This document shows, piece after piece, positions 1-9,108 of a stretch of DNA of 35,846 nt (the first letter of the stretch is position 1; every line of letters begins with the position of its first letter). The translations under genes were made by a program, and so were the position numbers. The stretch spans positions 1 to 35,846 of the forward strand of contig JANLPS010000132.1 in the NCBI GenBank assembly GCA_031367385.1, given 5' to 3'. This DNA is from Archangium sp. Lineage in GTDB: Bacteria; Myxococcota; Myxococcia; Myxococcales; Myxococcaceae. Under the pieces are notes generated by a model. That model did no database searches. It was not told the origin of the DNA and was given only the letters and a program-made list of their open reading frames with translations.

Positions 1-1314
1 GCTCATGTTCGAGCGCGCATTAAGCCAGAGCGCGGCGAAGACCAACATGCCGACGGCGAGCAACGAGACGACCGTCTCCATCCACTCCCGGTTGGCGCCG
101 GCGAGCAGGTGCTGACCGAACAGGTACACCACGACGCTGACGGCGAGCGCCACCAGCCAGCCGAGGTGAACGACCCGCGTTTGCTGCGTCGCTCCCATCT
201 TCTTGAGCACCGCGAGCAACGCGCCCACCACGATCGCCGCCTCGAAGCCCTCGCGCAGCATGATCAGCAACGCCGTGATGAACACCGACCAGAAATCACC
301 CGACGCGCGCTGCGTCGACGCCTTCTGAAGCACCGAGAGCAGCACCTGCCCGTCGTGCTCGAGGTCTTCGCGGCGCTGCGCGGTGAGCCTCGCGGCAGTC
401 ACCGCGCTCTCGATTTGCGAGACCAATTGTGCGTCGCGGGCGCGAAGCAGCGGCTCGACCGGCTCGACCCCCGTGAGGTAGGCATCGACGATCGCTTGGC
501 GGGCTTCTTCATGATGACCCTGCCGCGACAGCTCGAGAGCGTGGCGCACGCTCACCATCGCCACGTTCAGCGACGAGTGCTCGTCGACCACCGGCATCAC
601 CCGGCGCAGGCACGCCACGTGCTCTGGCCCAAAGGCGTTCGCCAACGCACCGTCGGTCGAGGTCGCCAGCTGCTGCAGGCTCGCGCTGGGCGGCTGCGTG
701 CCCGTTGGGCACTCGGGGTGTCGCAGCGTGAAAATGAAGAACGCCAGGTTCCACCGCTCGACATCACTGAGCTGGGGAAACGCCGACATCAACGTGCCCT
801 TCACCCCGAAGGTCGTGGTGTTGAAGACCTTGTACGGCGTCAAGGTGCTCACGCGCTCGGCGTCGTGAAAGTTCGCGGGCTTCGGGTTCATCGCCGCCGC
901 CATCGCCGACTGCCCGTCACCTTTTTCGCCGTGGCACGAGGCGCAGGTGGTTCGGAAGAGGGCCGCTCCCGCCGCGAGGTCTGGAGGCTCTCTGGGCGAC
1001 TGCACCAGGTTCTCGGCCGCGATGATCTGCTGCGACAACGCATGACAGGCCGCGCTCACTTCGGCCGCCGGGTGGTGCCCGTCAATCGCCGCGAGAATGG
1101 CCTCGGCGCCCGGCCGGTAGACGCTCTCTTTGGGCAGCGCCTGCACCACTTCATCTGCAAACCCGCGTTGCTCGCTCAGCTCGGCACCGTCGCCGCTCGC
1201 CACCGCCGCGGGGTAATCACCTTCGAGGTACTGCAACAGACCCACGACCCGATGCCAGGTGTGATCACCGTCGGGGGCTGCGGCAAGCAGTACAGCGAGA
1301 AAGAGAGACTTCAT
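1..1314 (-). CDS. Cytochrome c / FTR1-family iron permease fusion (3' end runs off the window)
   Basis: Not in the ORF track; read manually from ATG 1314: [38 protein letters not shown]. In-frame heme motif CASCH (931-945) and FTR1 motif LREGFEA (REGFE at 241-255), followed by hydrophobic helices. The + strand ORF 109..1413 is its antisense shadow. Confidence 0.9.
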   Translation of the reverse strand, partial: MKSLFLAVLLAAAPDGDHTWHRVVGLLQYLEGDYPAAVASGDGAELSEQRGFADEVVQALPKESVYRPGAEAILAAIDGHHPAAEVSAACHALSQQIIAAENLVQSPREPPDLAAGAALFRTTCASCHGEKGDGQSAMAAAMNPKPANFHDAERVSTLTPYKVFNTTTFGVKGTLMSAFPQLSDVERWNLAFFIFTLRHPECPTGTQPPSASLQQLATSTDGALANAFGPEHVACLRRVMPVVDEHSSLNVAMVSVRHALELSRQGHHEEARQAIVDAYLTGVEPVEPLLRARDAQLVSQIESAVTAARLTAQRREDLEHDGQVLLSVLQKASTQRASGDFWSVFITALLIMLREGFEAAIVVGALLAVLKKMGATQQTRVVHLGWLVALAVSVVVYLFGQHLLAGANREWMETVVSLLAVGMLVFAALWLNARSNMS

Positions 1315-1349
1315 CGGCGGAGGCGACCTCGTTGCTCGTTCTTATGGCC

Positions 1350-1374
1350 GATTTTGCGAATGAAAGTCAAAATC
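1350..1374. promoter_or_regulatory. Putative Fur box / AT-rich inverted repeat upstream of the iron permease
   Basis: GCGAATGAAAGTCAAAATC (1356-1374) matches 13/19 of the Fur consensus GATAATGATAATCATTATC. GATTTTG..CAAAATC inverted repeat at 1350-1356/1368-1374. Lies about 40 nt upstream of an FTR1 gene. Confidence 0.55.
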
Positions 1375-1424
1375 AACCAGCAAACGGGCGCCTCCCGAGC
1401 GTGGCTGCGCTAGAACCTGCGGTT

Positions 1425-2273
1425 ATGTCTGAAGTGGCGTACCTCGAATTGCTGAAGAAGTTGGTCACCGACGGCAAGGTGCGAAAAGACCGTACAGGGG
1501 TCGGCACGAAGGGCCTGTTCGGCGCGCAGCTGCGGTTCGATTTGCGCGAGGGCTTTCCTCTGCTGACGACCAAGAAAGTGCACCTCAAGTCGATTCTGCA
1601 CGAGCTGCTCTGGTTCGTTCGCGGCGAGACCACGGTGAAGCCGCTGCAAGACGTCGGCGTCTCGATTTGGGACGAGTGGGCGACCGCAGAGCAGACCGCG
1701 AAGTTCGGGCGGGCCGCGGGTGATTTGGGGCCGGTGTACGGGCACCAATGGCGCAACTTCGGAGCGAGCTTGCAGGCGAACGGGCAGTACGCGAATGACG
1801 GCGTTGATCAGCTGCAGAAGGTGATGACTGAGCTGCGAGAGCGGCCGATGAGCCGCCGGTTGATCGTCTCGGGGTGGCACCCGAAAGAAGCTGATCAGGT
1901 CGCGCTGCCTCCGTGTCACACGCTGTTTCAATTTCACGTGCAAGACGGCGAGCTGTCGTGCCACCTGTACCAGCGCAGCGCTGACTATTTCTTGGGAGTG
2001 CCCTTCAACATCGCCAGCTACGCGCTGTTGACGATGATGGTGGCGCAGGTCTCGGGCCTGAAGGTGGGCGACTTCGTGCAGAGCTTTGGTGATGTGCACG
2101 TGTATTCGAATCACATGGAGCAAGCCGCCGAGCAGCTGGCCCGCTCGCCGCGTCGCTTGCCGGTGATGCGGCTCAACCCCGAGCGAAAGAGCCTGTTCGA
2201 CTTTCGCTTCGAAGATTTCACGCTCGAGGGGTACGACCCGCTCCCCGCGATCAAAGCGCCGGTGGCGGTGTGA
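1425..2273 (+). CDS. thyA: Thymidylate synthase
   Basis: [36 protein letters not shown] (catalytic Cys), [15 protein letters not shown] and C-terminal IKAPVAV. Start set at ATG 1425. Confidence 0.97.
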   Translation: MSEVAYLELLKKLVTDGKVRKDRTGVGTKGLFGAQLRFDLREGFPLLTTKKVHLKSILHELLWFVRGETTVKPLQDVGVSIWDEWATAEQTAKFGRAAGDLGPVYGHQWRNFGASLQANGQYANDGVDQLQKVMTELRERPMSRRLIVSGWHPKEADQVALPPCHTLFQFHVQDGELSCHLYQRSADYFLGVPFNIASYALLTMMVAQVSGLKVGDFVQSFGDVHVYSNHMEQAAEQLARSPRRLPVMRLNPERKSLFDFRFEDFTLEGYDPLPAIKAPVAV

Positions 2274-2737
2274 AGCCGCTGAGCGTCATCGTGGCGATCG
2301 CGCGCAATGGGGTGATCGGGAAGCAGGGTGCGTTGCCGTGGCACATTCCCGAAGATCTGCGGTTCTTCAAGGCCACCACCATGGGCCACGCGATGATCAT
2401 GGGGCGCCGAACGTACGAGTCGATTGGCAAGGCGTTGCCTGGCCGTCGCAGCATCGTGGTGACCCAGGGGGCGGCGGCTCCCGGGTGTGAAGCGGCGCCG
2501 AGCGTGGCTGCAGCCATCGAGCTGGCGCGAACGACTGATCACGAGCCGGTGATCATCGGCGGCGCGCGGCTCTACACCGAGGCCTTGCCGCTGGCGACCC
2601 GGCTGTATCTCACCGAGATCGATCGCGAGGTCGAGAATGGTGACACGTTTCTACACATCGATCGCAGCCACTGGCGCGAGGTCAGCCGGCGCGCGGGCAC
2701 CGAACCCGGCGTGACCTTCGTCGAGCTCGTGCGCTAG
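2270..2737 (+). CDS. folA: Dihydrofolate reductase
   Basis: [44 protein letters not shown] overlap with the thyA stop. Confidence 0.96.
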   Translation: MKPLSVIVAIARNGVIGKQGALPWHIPEDLRFFKATTMGHAMIMGRRTYESIGKALPGRRSIVVTQGAAAPGCEAAPSVAAAIELARTTDHEPVIIGGARLYTEALPLATRLYLTEIDREVENGDTFLHIDRSHWREVSRRAGTEPGVTFVELVR

Positions 2738-2746
2738 AGGAGACCC

Positions 2747-3298
2747 ATGAAGATCTACACCAAGACTGGCGACGGCGGAGACACCGCGCTTTTCGGCGGC
2801 GGCCGCATCGGCAAAGAAGACATTCGCGTCGAGGCCTACGGCCAGGTCGATGAGCTCAACGCCGTGCTGGGCATGGCGCGGTCTGAAGGCCTTTATTCGA
2901 TGGATGCGCTGATGCAGTCGCTGCAAGATCAGCTGTTCACCGTGGGTTCGGTGCTGGCGACTCCGGCGGGGTCGAAGGCCGAGAAGGCGATACCGAAGAT
3001 CAAAGCGGGGTGGATCACCGCGATGGAGCAGGCCATCGACGGGTTCGATGCGCAGATGGAGCCGCTGACCAGCTTCATCTTGCCTGGAGGCACCAAGGCC
3101 GCGAGCGTGTTGCACCTGGCGCGAACGGTGTGCCGACGGGCCGAGCGTCGAACGGTGCCGTTGATGCGCGCGGGGAAGATCGGGCCCGAGGTGATTGTGT
3201 ACTTGAATCGGCTCTCTGATCTGCTGTTCACCATGGCGCGCTTCGCGAACTTCAAGGCGAGCGTGAAAGACGTACCGTGGCAGCCGCCGAAAGACTGA
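2747..3298 (+). CDS. PduO-type cob(I)alamin adenosyltransferase
   Basis: MKIYTKTGDGGDT, EAYGQVDELN, FILPGG, ARTVCRRAER, YLNRLSDLLF. RBS GAGGAG upstream. Confidence 0.95.
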   Translation: MKIYTKTGDGGDTALFGGGRIGKEDIRVEAYGQVDELNAVLGMARSEGLYSMDALMQSLQDQLFTVGSVLATPAGSKAEKAIPKIKAGWITAMEQAIDGFDAQMEPLTSFILPGGTKAASVLHLARTVCRRAERRTVPLMRAGKIGPEVIVYLNRLSDLLFTMARFANFKASVKDVPWQPPKD

Positions 3299-4308
3299 GC
3301 AGCTCACAGCTGAAAGCCTTCGCGGTGGCGGCGGGGTTTGATCTGGTCGGGTTTGCCCGCGCTGAGCCGATCGAGCCGCGATTTCTCACCGAGTGGCTCG
3401 AGGCCGGTCACCACGCCGACCTCGACTGGATGCGGCTCAAGCTCGCGGAGCGGCTCGATGTTTCGAAGCTGCTGCCGGGCGCCAAGACGGTGATCGCGCT
3501 GGCCTCGAATTACTGGCGTTCAGACGAGCCGGGGCCGATCGCCAGGTACGCGAGGGGCCGCGACTACCACGCGACCGGGCGCGACCGAATTCGCGCGCTG
3601 CGCCGGGCCATTGGGGCGAAGTGGCCGGGCACGAGAGACTATGCGTCAGTCGATGCCGGGCCTGTGATGGAGAAGGTGTGGGCGGCGAGGGCCGGGCTTG
3701 GCTACGTCGGCAAGAATGGGTGCTTCATCACGCCGGAGCTGGGGTCATGGGTCGTGCTCTCGACGATGACGCTCGACGCCGAGGTCGATGCCTACGCGGG
3801 TGGCCCCACCGACGATCGATGCGGGCGGTGCACGCTGTGCATCACGTCGTGCCCGACGGGGGCGATCGTCGCTGATCAGGTCGTCGATGCGACGGCGTGC
3901 TTGTCGTACCAGACCATCGAGAACACGCAGGCGGTGCCCCAGTCGCTTCGCGCGGCGATGCCGAACCTCGTGTTCGGCTGCGACATTTGCCAGGACGTGT
4001 GCCCGCTGAATTCGTCTCCGGTGCTGGCGCCTGAGCGATTCGCGCCGCGTGCCGTGGGCTCGGTGAGCGTGCAGCAGTTGGCTGCGATGACCCGTGAGCA
4101 GTACGACGCGTGGGCCCCGGGTACGCCGTTGGCCAGGGCCGGGTTCGAGGGGCTCAAGCGCAACGCGGCGTACGCGCTGGGGGCGATGCGAGATGTGAAC
4201 GCGAGGTCGATACTCGAGGCGCTGCGAGGTGACTCGGCGCCACTCGTTGCCGAAGCCGCCCAGTGGGCGTTGGCCCGATTGGCGCGTGGTTCGACAGGCT
4301 CACCCTGA
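3277..4308 (+). CDS. queG: tRNA epoxyqueuosine(34) reductase
   Basis: IARYARGRDYH, AGLGYVGKN, CGRCTLCITSCPTGA, FGCDICQDVCP and a C-terminal HEAT-like segment. Exact start uncertain. Confidence 0.93.
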   Translation: MAAAERLSSSQLKAFAVAAGFDLVGFARAEPIEPRFLTEWLEAGHHADLDWMRLKLAERLDVSKLLPGAKTVIALASNYWRSDEPGPIARYARGRDYHATGRDRIRALRRAIGAKWPGTRDYASVDAGPVMEKVWAARAGLGYVGKNGCFITPELGSWVVLSTMTLDAEVDAYAGGPTDDRCGRCTLCITSCPTGAIVADQVVDATACLSYQTIENTQAVPQSLRAAMPNLVFGCDICQDVCPLNSSPVLAPERFAPRAVGSVSVQQLAAMTREQYDAWAPGTPLARAGFEGLKRNAAYALGAMRDVNARSILEALRGDSAPLVAEAAQWALARLARGSTGSP

Positions 4309-4399
4309 GATGGAGGGGCTGTTCATGCACCACGTTCAGTGGGTCACGCGGCTCGAGCAGAGGGCCCACCCACTCTCATTGTGAGCCCGTCGAACCACG
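4285..4399. repeat. REP/REPIN-like palindromic element
   Basis: CGTGGTTCGACAGGCTCAC (4285-4303) and GTGAGCCCGTCGAACCACG (4381-4399) are 19-bp inverted repeats with one mismatch, with an imperfect inner stem extension. Confidence 0.75.
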
Positions 4400-4418
4400 A
4401 ACCACGAACCACGAACAC
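4392..4418 (+). repeat. 7-bp tandem repeat (GAACCAC)x3 plus a partial copy
   Basis: GAACCAC at 4392, 4399 and 4406, then GAACAC. Confidence 0.85.
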
Positions 4419-4420
4419 CC

Positions 4421-4750
4421 CTACCGCTTCTTCAGCTTCTTCGGCCGCGCGTCATGCTGCGCGAAGTGACTCTTCAACCCCTCCGGCGTCGAGTCGAACT
4501 TCACTCCGATTCGGCTGTACACGCTCAGCTGGGGGTTACCGGCTTCGGCCCACGCGACGGTGCCCTGAAAGGCGACCTCGGCCTCATTCACCAAGAAGTA
4601 CCCGTGCACCTTCGAGCCCGGCAAGAACACCTGCGCCAGCTCAGCTTGAAAGCCACCGCGTGACACATCGGCGGTGAGCGCGGGCAACCGCCGGCCCAGC
4701 GACAAGGGCAACCGCATGCTTCGACGCAACGTGTTTCGGCGAGTCGTCAT
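4421..4750 (-). CDS. Single-domain PilZ protein (putative c-di-GMP receptor)
   Basis: RRSMR (RxxxR) and DVSRGG (DxSxxG) motifs, then GTVAWA and IGVKF beta strands. Start ATG 4750. Confidence 0.8.
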   Translation of the reverse strand: MTTRRNTLRRSMRLPLSLGRRLPALTADVSRGGFQAELAQVFLPGSKVHGYFLVNEAEVAFQGTVAWAEAGNPQLSVYSRIGVKFDSTPEGLKSHFAQHDARPKKLKKR

Positions 4751-4789
4751 GCGCGACACGTTTTCACAGGTCTGTGGCACGGCAAGTTT

Positions 4790-5317
4790 TCAGGTGTCGA
4801 AAGCCTCGAGGGCGAGCCACAGCTGATCATCGAACTCGAGCAGTGACGCGTTGCGAAACTCGGCCAACGTGCCGCCATCAGAGAGGTGGGCGTCACGCAC
4901 ACCCATCAGCGGAGTCACCCGCATCGCCCCCTTGGGCGACGCAATCGCGCGAATTCGCGCCTCGAATTGATCAACTGGCGCGGTGCTGTGCTCAGGCGTG
5001 TCGCGCTCGAGCCCATTGGCCTTCAAGAACACCTCTTCGCTCCCCTTCGGTATTCGCAGCAGCGCATCGAAGAACGAGTCTTGAAACCCGCCCTCGCGTT
5101 GTTGCGTCTGCAGCACCTCGGCGGGCAGCGCGTCGAGGCCGAACAGGTCTCTCGCTTTCGTCACCGAGACGGGCTCCGTCGACCACGCGCCACCAATCGC
5201 CTCGTCGAAGTGCCGAACCAACAGCCAGCCCGCTCCCGAGCACACGGCCGTCAGCACGGTCATCGCGCCGAGCACAATTGCCGCGACCCGTAGGCCCTTA
5301 TTGCAACTCAACTGCAT
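4790..5317 (-). CDS. Hypothetical membrane-anchored protein
   Basis: 175-aa ORF with an N-terminal hydrophobic helix and host-like codon usage; no family recognised. Confidence 0.7.
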   Translation of the reverse strand: MQLSCNKGLRVAAIVLGAMTVLTAVCSGAGWLLVRHFDEAIGGAWSTEPVSVTKARDLFGLDALPAEVLQTQQREGGFQDSFFDALLRIPKGSEEVFLKANGLERDTPEHSTAPVDQFEARIRAIASPKGAMRVTPLMGVRDAHLSDGGTLAEFRNASLLEFDDQLWLALEAFDT

Positions 5318-5321
5318 CTAC

Positions 5322-5351
5322 TTGACAGCCTAGGCCAAAGATCTCTAAACC
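5322..5351 (+). promoter_or_regulatory. Putative sigma70-type promoter for the leader/TBDR operon
   Basis: Perfect TTGACA at 5322-5327, 18-nt spacer, weak -10 TAAACC at 5346-5351. Would give a near-leaderless transcript for GTG 5361. Confidence 0.4.
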
Positions 5352-5360
5352 GCCTCTCGC

Positions 5361-5759
5361 GTGTCGCCGGCCAAGCCCATTTCAACCACCGTGGTCTCGC
5401 TGCTGCTGGCGGCGGCGCAGCTGTTGGTGGTCACGCACACCGCCTTCGTGACCCACAGCATCTCGAGCTCGGGCGAGCACCACCACGTCTTGACTGCGGC
5501 TGATCAATCGCACGCGCGCCACGCGGGCCCGAGCGCCACCTGGTGCTCCGAGCATGTCGAGCTCAAGCCGGTCGATGATCTCGCCTGCATCGCGGCCAAG
5601 TGCGCGACCGTCGTCGTGTCGTCAGTGCCCGCGCCTTCAGTCACTGGTGATCTGGCCGCACCCGATCACCACGCAACCGCCTTTCGCTTCACCCGAAACC
5701 CGTTGTCGGTCTTGTCATGCTCGCCGAAGGCCTCACCGCCCTCGACTCGGTTGAGCTGA
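5361..5759 (+). CDS. His/Cys-rich DUF2946 (CruR/CutF)-like leader protein
   Basis: Signal-like N-terminus, His-rich stretch (GEHHHV..SHARH), CIAAKC, Pro/Ala linker and C-terminal SPKASPP. Lies 50 nt upstream of a TBDR. Confidence 0.65.
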   Translation: MSPAKPISTTVVSLLLAAAQLLVVTHTAFVTHSISSSGEHHHVLTAADQSHARHAGPSATWCSEHVELKPVDDLACIAAKCATVVVSSVPAPSVTGDLAAPDHHATAFRFTRNPLSVLSCSPKASPPSTRLS

Positions 5760-5809
5760 CCCTTCAGACAAGTCGACCGTTCACTCTTTTGCAGCGCCCG
5801 GAGTCTGTC

Positions 5810-8341
5810 GTGCATACACGTTCGTGTCGTTGCCTGTTGATTGGCGCGTTGTTCGCCGCATCGGGTGCCAGTGCAGGCGAAGTACAGCCGCCCAAAGTGC
5901 TCAGCCGAGTCGAGGCGCAGGTACCGGTCGGAGCCGAGACGCCCACCCAGAACCACGTGCTGCTCGAGTTCACCATCAACACCGAAGGCAAGGCGGTCGA
6001 GATCTTGGTCATCGAGTCGGCCGGCCGCGCGTGGGACGAAGCGTCGAAGAACGCGCTCGCCGAGTGGGTGTTTCAGCCGGCGCTCCATGAAGGGGTCGCC
6101 ATCGAGAGCCGAACGAGGCTCACCTTCTCGATGCCCATGCCGGGTGACGCGGTGGTCGACGCGGGCAGTGATCTCGCCCCAGAGCCCGACGCGGGGGTGG
6201 TGATGATCGCCGAAGAGATCGACGCGGGCCACCCGGCGCACGAGATGTCGACGCTGGTGCTCGGCCGCACCCAACCCCGAAGCCGAGGGTCGAGCGACTT
6301 TCACTTCGACTTGGGCGAGCAGCGCATCATTCCCCACCCCAAGGCGGCTGACTTCTTGAAGCTCGCGCCAGGCATCTTGCTCACCAACGAAGGCGGCGAA
6401 GGCCACCCGCAGCGCATCTTCTTGCGAGGCTTCGACGCGCGTGAAGGGCAAGACATCGAGCTCTCCATCGACGGCACGCCGATCAACGATTCTGGCAACC
6501 TGCATGGCAACGGGTTCGCCGATACCAACTTCATCATCTCTGACCTGGTCGAGGGCTTTCGCGTCGTCGAAGGCCCGTTCGACCCGCGCCAGGGCAACTA
6601 CGCGGTCGCGGGCAGCGGCGAATACGAGATGGGGCTCGCGCAGCGCGGCCTCACCGCCAAGGCCACCTTCGGCACCTTCAACTCGCAGAAGCTCGACCTC
6701 CTCTGGGGCCCGCGCAATCAATCGACGCACACCTTCGCTGGTGTCGAGCTCTCACGTACCGATGGCTATGGCCAGAACCGCGGCGCCCAAGCTGCGCGCG
6801 TGATGATGCAGTACGAGGGCACGCTCTCTGAATCGACGACCTTTCGAGTGGCGGCCAACGGGTACGCGACGCAATTCAAGACCGCCGGAGTCATTCGCCA
6901 AGACGACCTGATCAGCGGCCGCATCGGCTTCTACGACACCTATGATTCACGACAAGGCGGCGACACCCAGCGCTTCTCGGTCTCGGGAGACCTTCACAAC
7001 CACGAAGGCAACTTCACCAACCACCATCAGATCTTCGCCATCTATCGCAGCTCGCGGTTGCTCGAAAACTTCACCGGCTTCATCACCGACATTCAACAAG
7101 CGCAGCAGTCTCCGCATGATCAGCGCGGAGACCTGGTCGACCGCGACATCTCTGCGATGACGTTGGGCGCGAAGGGCTACGGCCGGTACCGCGGGCGGGT
7201 GTTCGACCGGCCTCAAGAGCTCGAGGTCGGCTACTCCGGGCGCTTCGACATCACCTCCGGGCAACAGCAGCGCATTCTCGCCGGGCCCGACAGCAACACG
7301 CCGTACCACAAAGACGTCGACCTCGATTCGAAGCTCTCTGACCTCGGGCTCTACGCCGACGTGAACCTCTCACTGCTCGATTGGCTCGTCGTGCGCGGTG
7401 GCATGCGCGCAGACTTGTTCACCTATTCGGTTCAGAACAACTGCGCGGTGCAGACGGTGCGCAGGCCTGCGGTGAATGACCCTCCCGGCGACGCGAGCTG
7501 CCTGTCGCAACGTGACTTCGGCATCTACCGTGAGCCCACCGAGCGCGTCGCAGCGACTGGTGCGGCATTCATGCCGCGCGCCAGCCTGCTGCTCGGCCCG
7601 TGGAAGTCGGTGAGCTTCACCGGCTCATACGGCCAAGGCGTTCGCAGCATCGACCCGCAGTTCGTGAATGAAAACCGCGCCACGCCGTTCGCCGCGATTC
7701 GCGCGTGGGAAGGCGGAGCAACCTTTGCCAACCACTTTCGCAACGGCGCGCTCGATGTCACCGGCCGCGCCGTCGTGTTCGGCACACGCGTCGACAAAGA
7801 CCTGATCTTCTCTGAGACCGTTGGCCGCAACGTGTTGGGCGGAGCGACCTCGCGCATCGGCGGCATGCTGCAAGGGCGTGTGCACGGCGGCTTCTTCGAC
7901 GTCTCGGCCCACGCGACCTACGTCACCTCACGCTTCGACGACACCGGGCTGCTGGTGCCCTACGTGCCAGATCTCGTCACCCGCGCCGACGCCGCGTTCT
8001 TTGGCGAGCTGCCCTTCAAGCTGGCCCGCTCGGCCCTCAATGCCCGCGCCGGCATCGGAGCGACCTTCGTCGGGAGGCGTGCCCTGCCCCTGGGTCAACG
8101 CAGCGATGTCATCTTCGTCACCGACGCCAGCACCGAGCTCACCTGGCGCTTCGTCACCATCGGCATCGGCGCGACCAACCTCTTCAACACCCAGTACCGA
8201 GAGTCGGAGTTCAACTACACCGCCGACTTTCACACCACCCAGCCCTACCCCACCCTGGTGCCGGGCCGGCTGTTCACCGCGGGCGCTCCACGAGAGGTCT
8301 TCTTCACCGTGGCCCTCAACGTCGGCGGGAGCGCGTCATGA
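5810..8341 (+). CDS. TonB-dependent receptor with N-terminal TonB C-terminal-like domain
   Basis: GTG 5810 with GGAG RBS and signal peptide. TonB_C-like segment (VLLEFTINTEGKAVEILVIESAG..ALAEWVFQPA), plug motifs (LKLAPGI, IFLRGFD, IDGTPIN, VVEGPF..GNYAVAG) and barrel end NLFNTQY..GAPREVFFTV. Confidence 0.9.
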   Translation: MHTRSCRCLLIGALFAASGASAGEVQPPKVLSRVEAQVPVGAETPTQNHVLLEFTINTEGKAVEILVIESAGRAWDEASKNALAEWVFQPALHEGVAIESRTRLTFSMPMPGDAVVDAGSDLAPEPDAGVVMIAEEIDAGHPAHEMSTLVLGRTQPRSRGSSDFHFDLGEQRIIPHPKAADFLKLAPGILLTNEGGEGHPQRIFLRGFDAREGQDIELSIDGTPINDSGNLHGNGFADTNFIISDLVEGFRVVEGPFDPRQGNYAVAGSGEYEMGLAQRGLTAKATFGTFNSQKLDLLWGPRNQSTHTFAGVELSRTDGYGQNRGAQAARVMMQYEGTLSESTTFRVAANGYATQFKTAGVIRQDDLISGRIGFYDTYDSRQGGDTQRFSVSGDLHNHEGNFTNHHQIFAIYRSSRLLENFTGFITDIQQAQQSPHDQRGDLVDRDISAMTLGAKGYGRYRGRVFDRPQELEVGYSGRFDITSGQQQRILAGPDSNTPYHKDVDLDSKLSDLGLYADVNLSLLDWLVVRGGMRADLFTYSVQNNCAVQTVRRPAVNDPPGDASCLSQRDFGIYREPTERVAATGAAFMPRASLLLGPWKSVSFTGSYGQGVRSIDPQFVNENRATPFAAIRAWEGGATFANHFRNGALDVTGRAVVFGTRVDKDLIFSETVGRNVLGGATSRIGGMLQGRVHGGFFDVSAHATYVTSRFDDTGLLVPYVPDLVTRADAAFFGELPFKLARSALNARAGIGATFVGRRALPLGQRSDVIFVTDASTELTWRFVTIGIGATNLFNTQYRESEFNYTADFHTTQPYPTLVPGRLFTAGAPREVFFTVALNVGGSAS

Positions 8342-9108
8342 GGCCCTCACTCGTACTTTTTCTTCTGGCCACCTCGTGCGTGCAGACCACCGGCGGCGCG
8401 TTGGTTGAATTCTCGGCGACTGCGAGCGGGCCTGCCGACGCAGTCAAAGGGCAGCCGTACCAATTCACCGCGGCCACGGGGTACGCAGTCACCTTGACCC
8501 GCGCCCAGCTCTTCGTCGGCGCCGTGTATCTGAATCAGAGCAACCCCGCCAACTACAGCGGCGAGACTGCGTGCATTTTGCCCGGCATCTACTCAGGCGA
8601 AGTGAAGGGCTCATTGCTCGTCGACGCCCTCGACCCCGCGCCGCAACCTTTTCCAATCAAGGGAGTGGGCACCGACTCGCCCACCCTCGCGGCGGAGCTC
8701 TGGCTCACGGCGGGCGACGTGAATGCCGTCGATGATCAGACCGTGATTCTCTCGGTCGAGGGCACCGCGAAGAAAGACGGCACCGCGTACCCGTTCAGCG
8801 CGAGCTTCACCATTGGCGAGAACCGGCGCACGCCGTCGAGCCCGGCGCTGCCCGGGTCGAACCCGATCTGCAAACAGCGCATCGTCTCGCCGATCGACGC
8901 GCCGTTCACCTTGGCGCAGGGGGGCACGCTCAACGTTCGCGTGAGCCCGGCCGGCTGGTTCGACAGCGTTGATTTTTCTCAGCTCGCACCGGTGAACGGG
9001 CACTTCGAATTTTTCGATGGCCCCAGCAGTCGACAACCCGACATCGCGCTCTACAACGCGTTGCGCGCGCACGCGGGCCCGTATTCTGTCTCTTGGAGTC
9101 AGCCATGA
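8338..9108 (+). CDS. TBDR-associated lipoprotein 1 (unknown function)
   Basis: ATGA overlap with the TBDR, lipobox LATSC, predicted beta-rich body with two further Cys. Confidence 0.85.
   Translation: MRPSLVLFLLATSCVQTTGGALVEFSATASGPADAVKGQPYQFTAATGYAVTLTRAQLFVGAVYLNQSNPANYSGETACILPGIYSGEVKGSLLVDALDPAPQPFPIKGVGTDSPTLAAELWLTAGDVNAVDDQTVILSVEGTAKKDGTAYPFSASFTIGENRRTPSSPALPGSNPICKQRIVSPIDAPFTLAQGGTLNVRVSPAGWFDSVDFSQLAPVNGHFEFFDGPSSRQPDIALYNALRAHAGPYSVSWSQP

Noticed and set aside
109..1413. 434-aa plus-strand ORF
   Set aside because: Arg/His-rich antisense shadow of the cytochrome c/FTR1 gene, which has clear motifs on the minus strand.
4392..4418. CRISPR-like repeat
   Set aside because: Only a 7-bp tandem unit without spacers, and no cas genes in the window.
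5717..5809. Longer N-terminus of the TBDR from ATG 5717
   Set aside because: Overlaps the leader ORF; GTG 5810 has an RBS and gives a normal signal peptide.
5317..5810. Cobalamin riboswitch ahead of the TBDR, suggested by nearby B12-related genes
   Set aside because: No B12-box or conserved GGGAA/GCCACTG core arrangement was seen, and the space is filled by the leader ORF.
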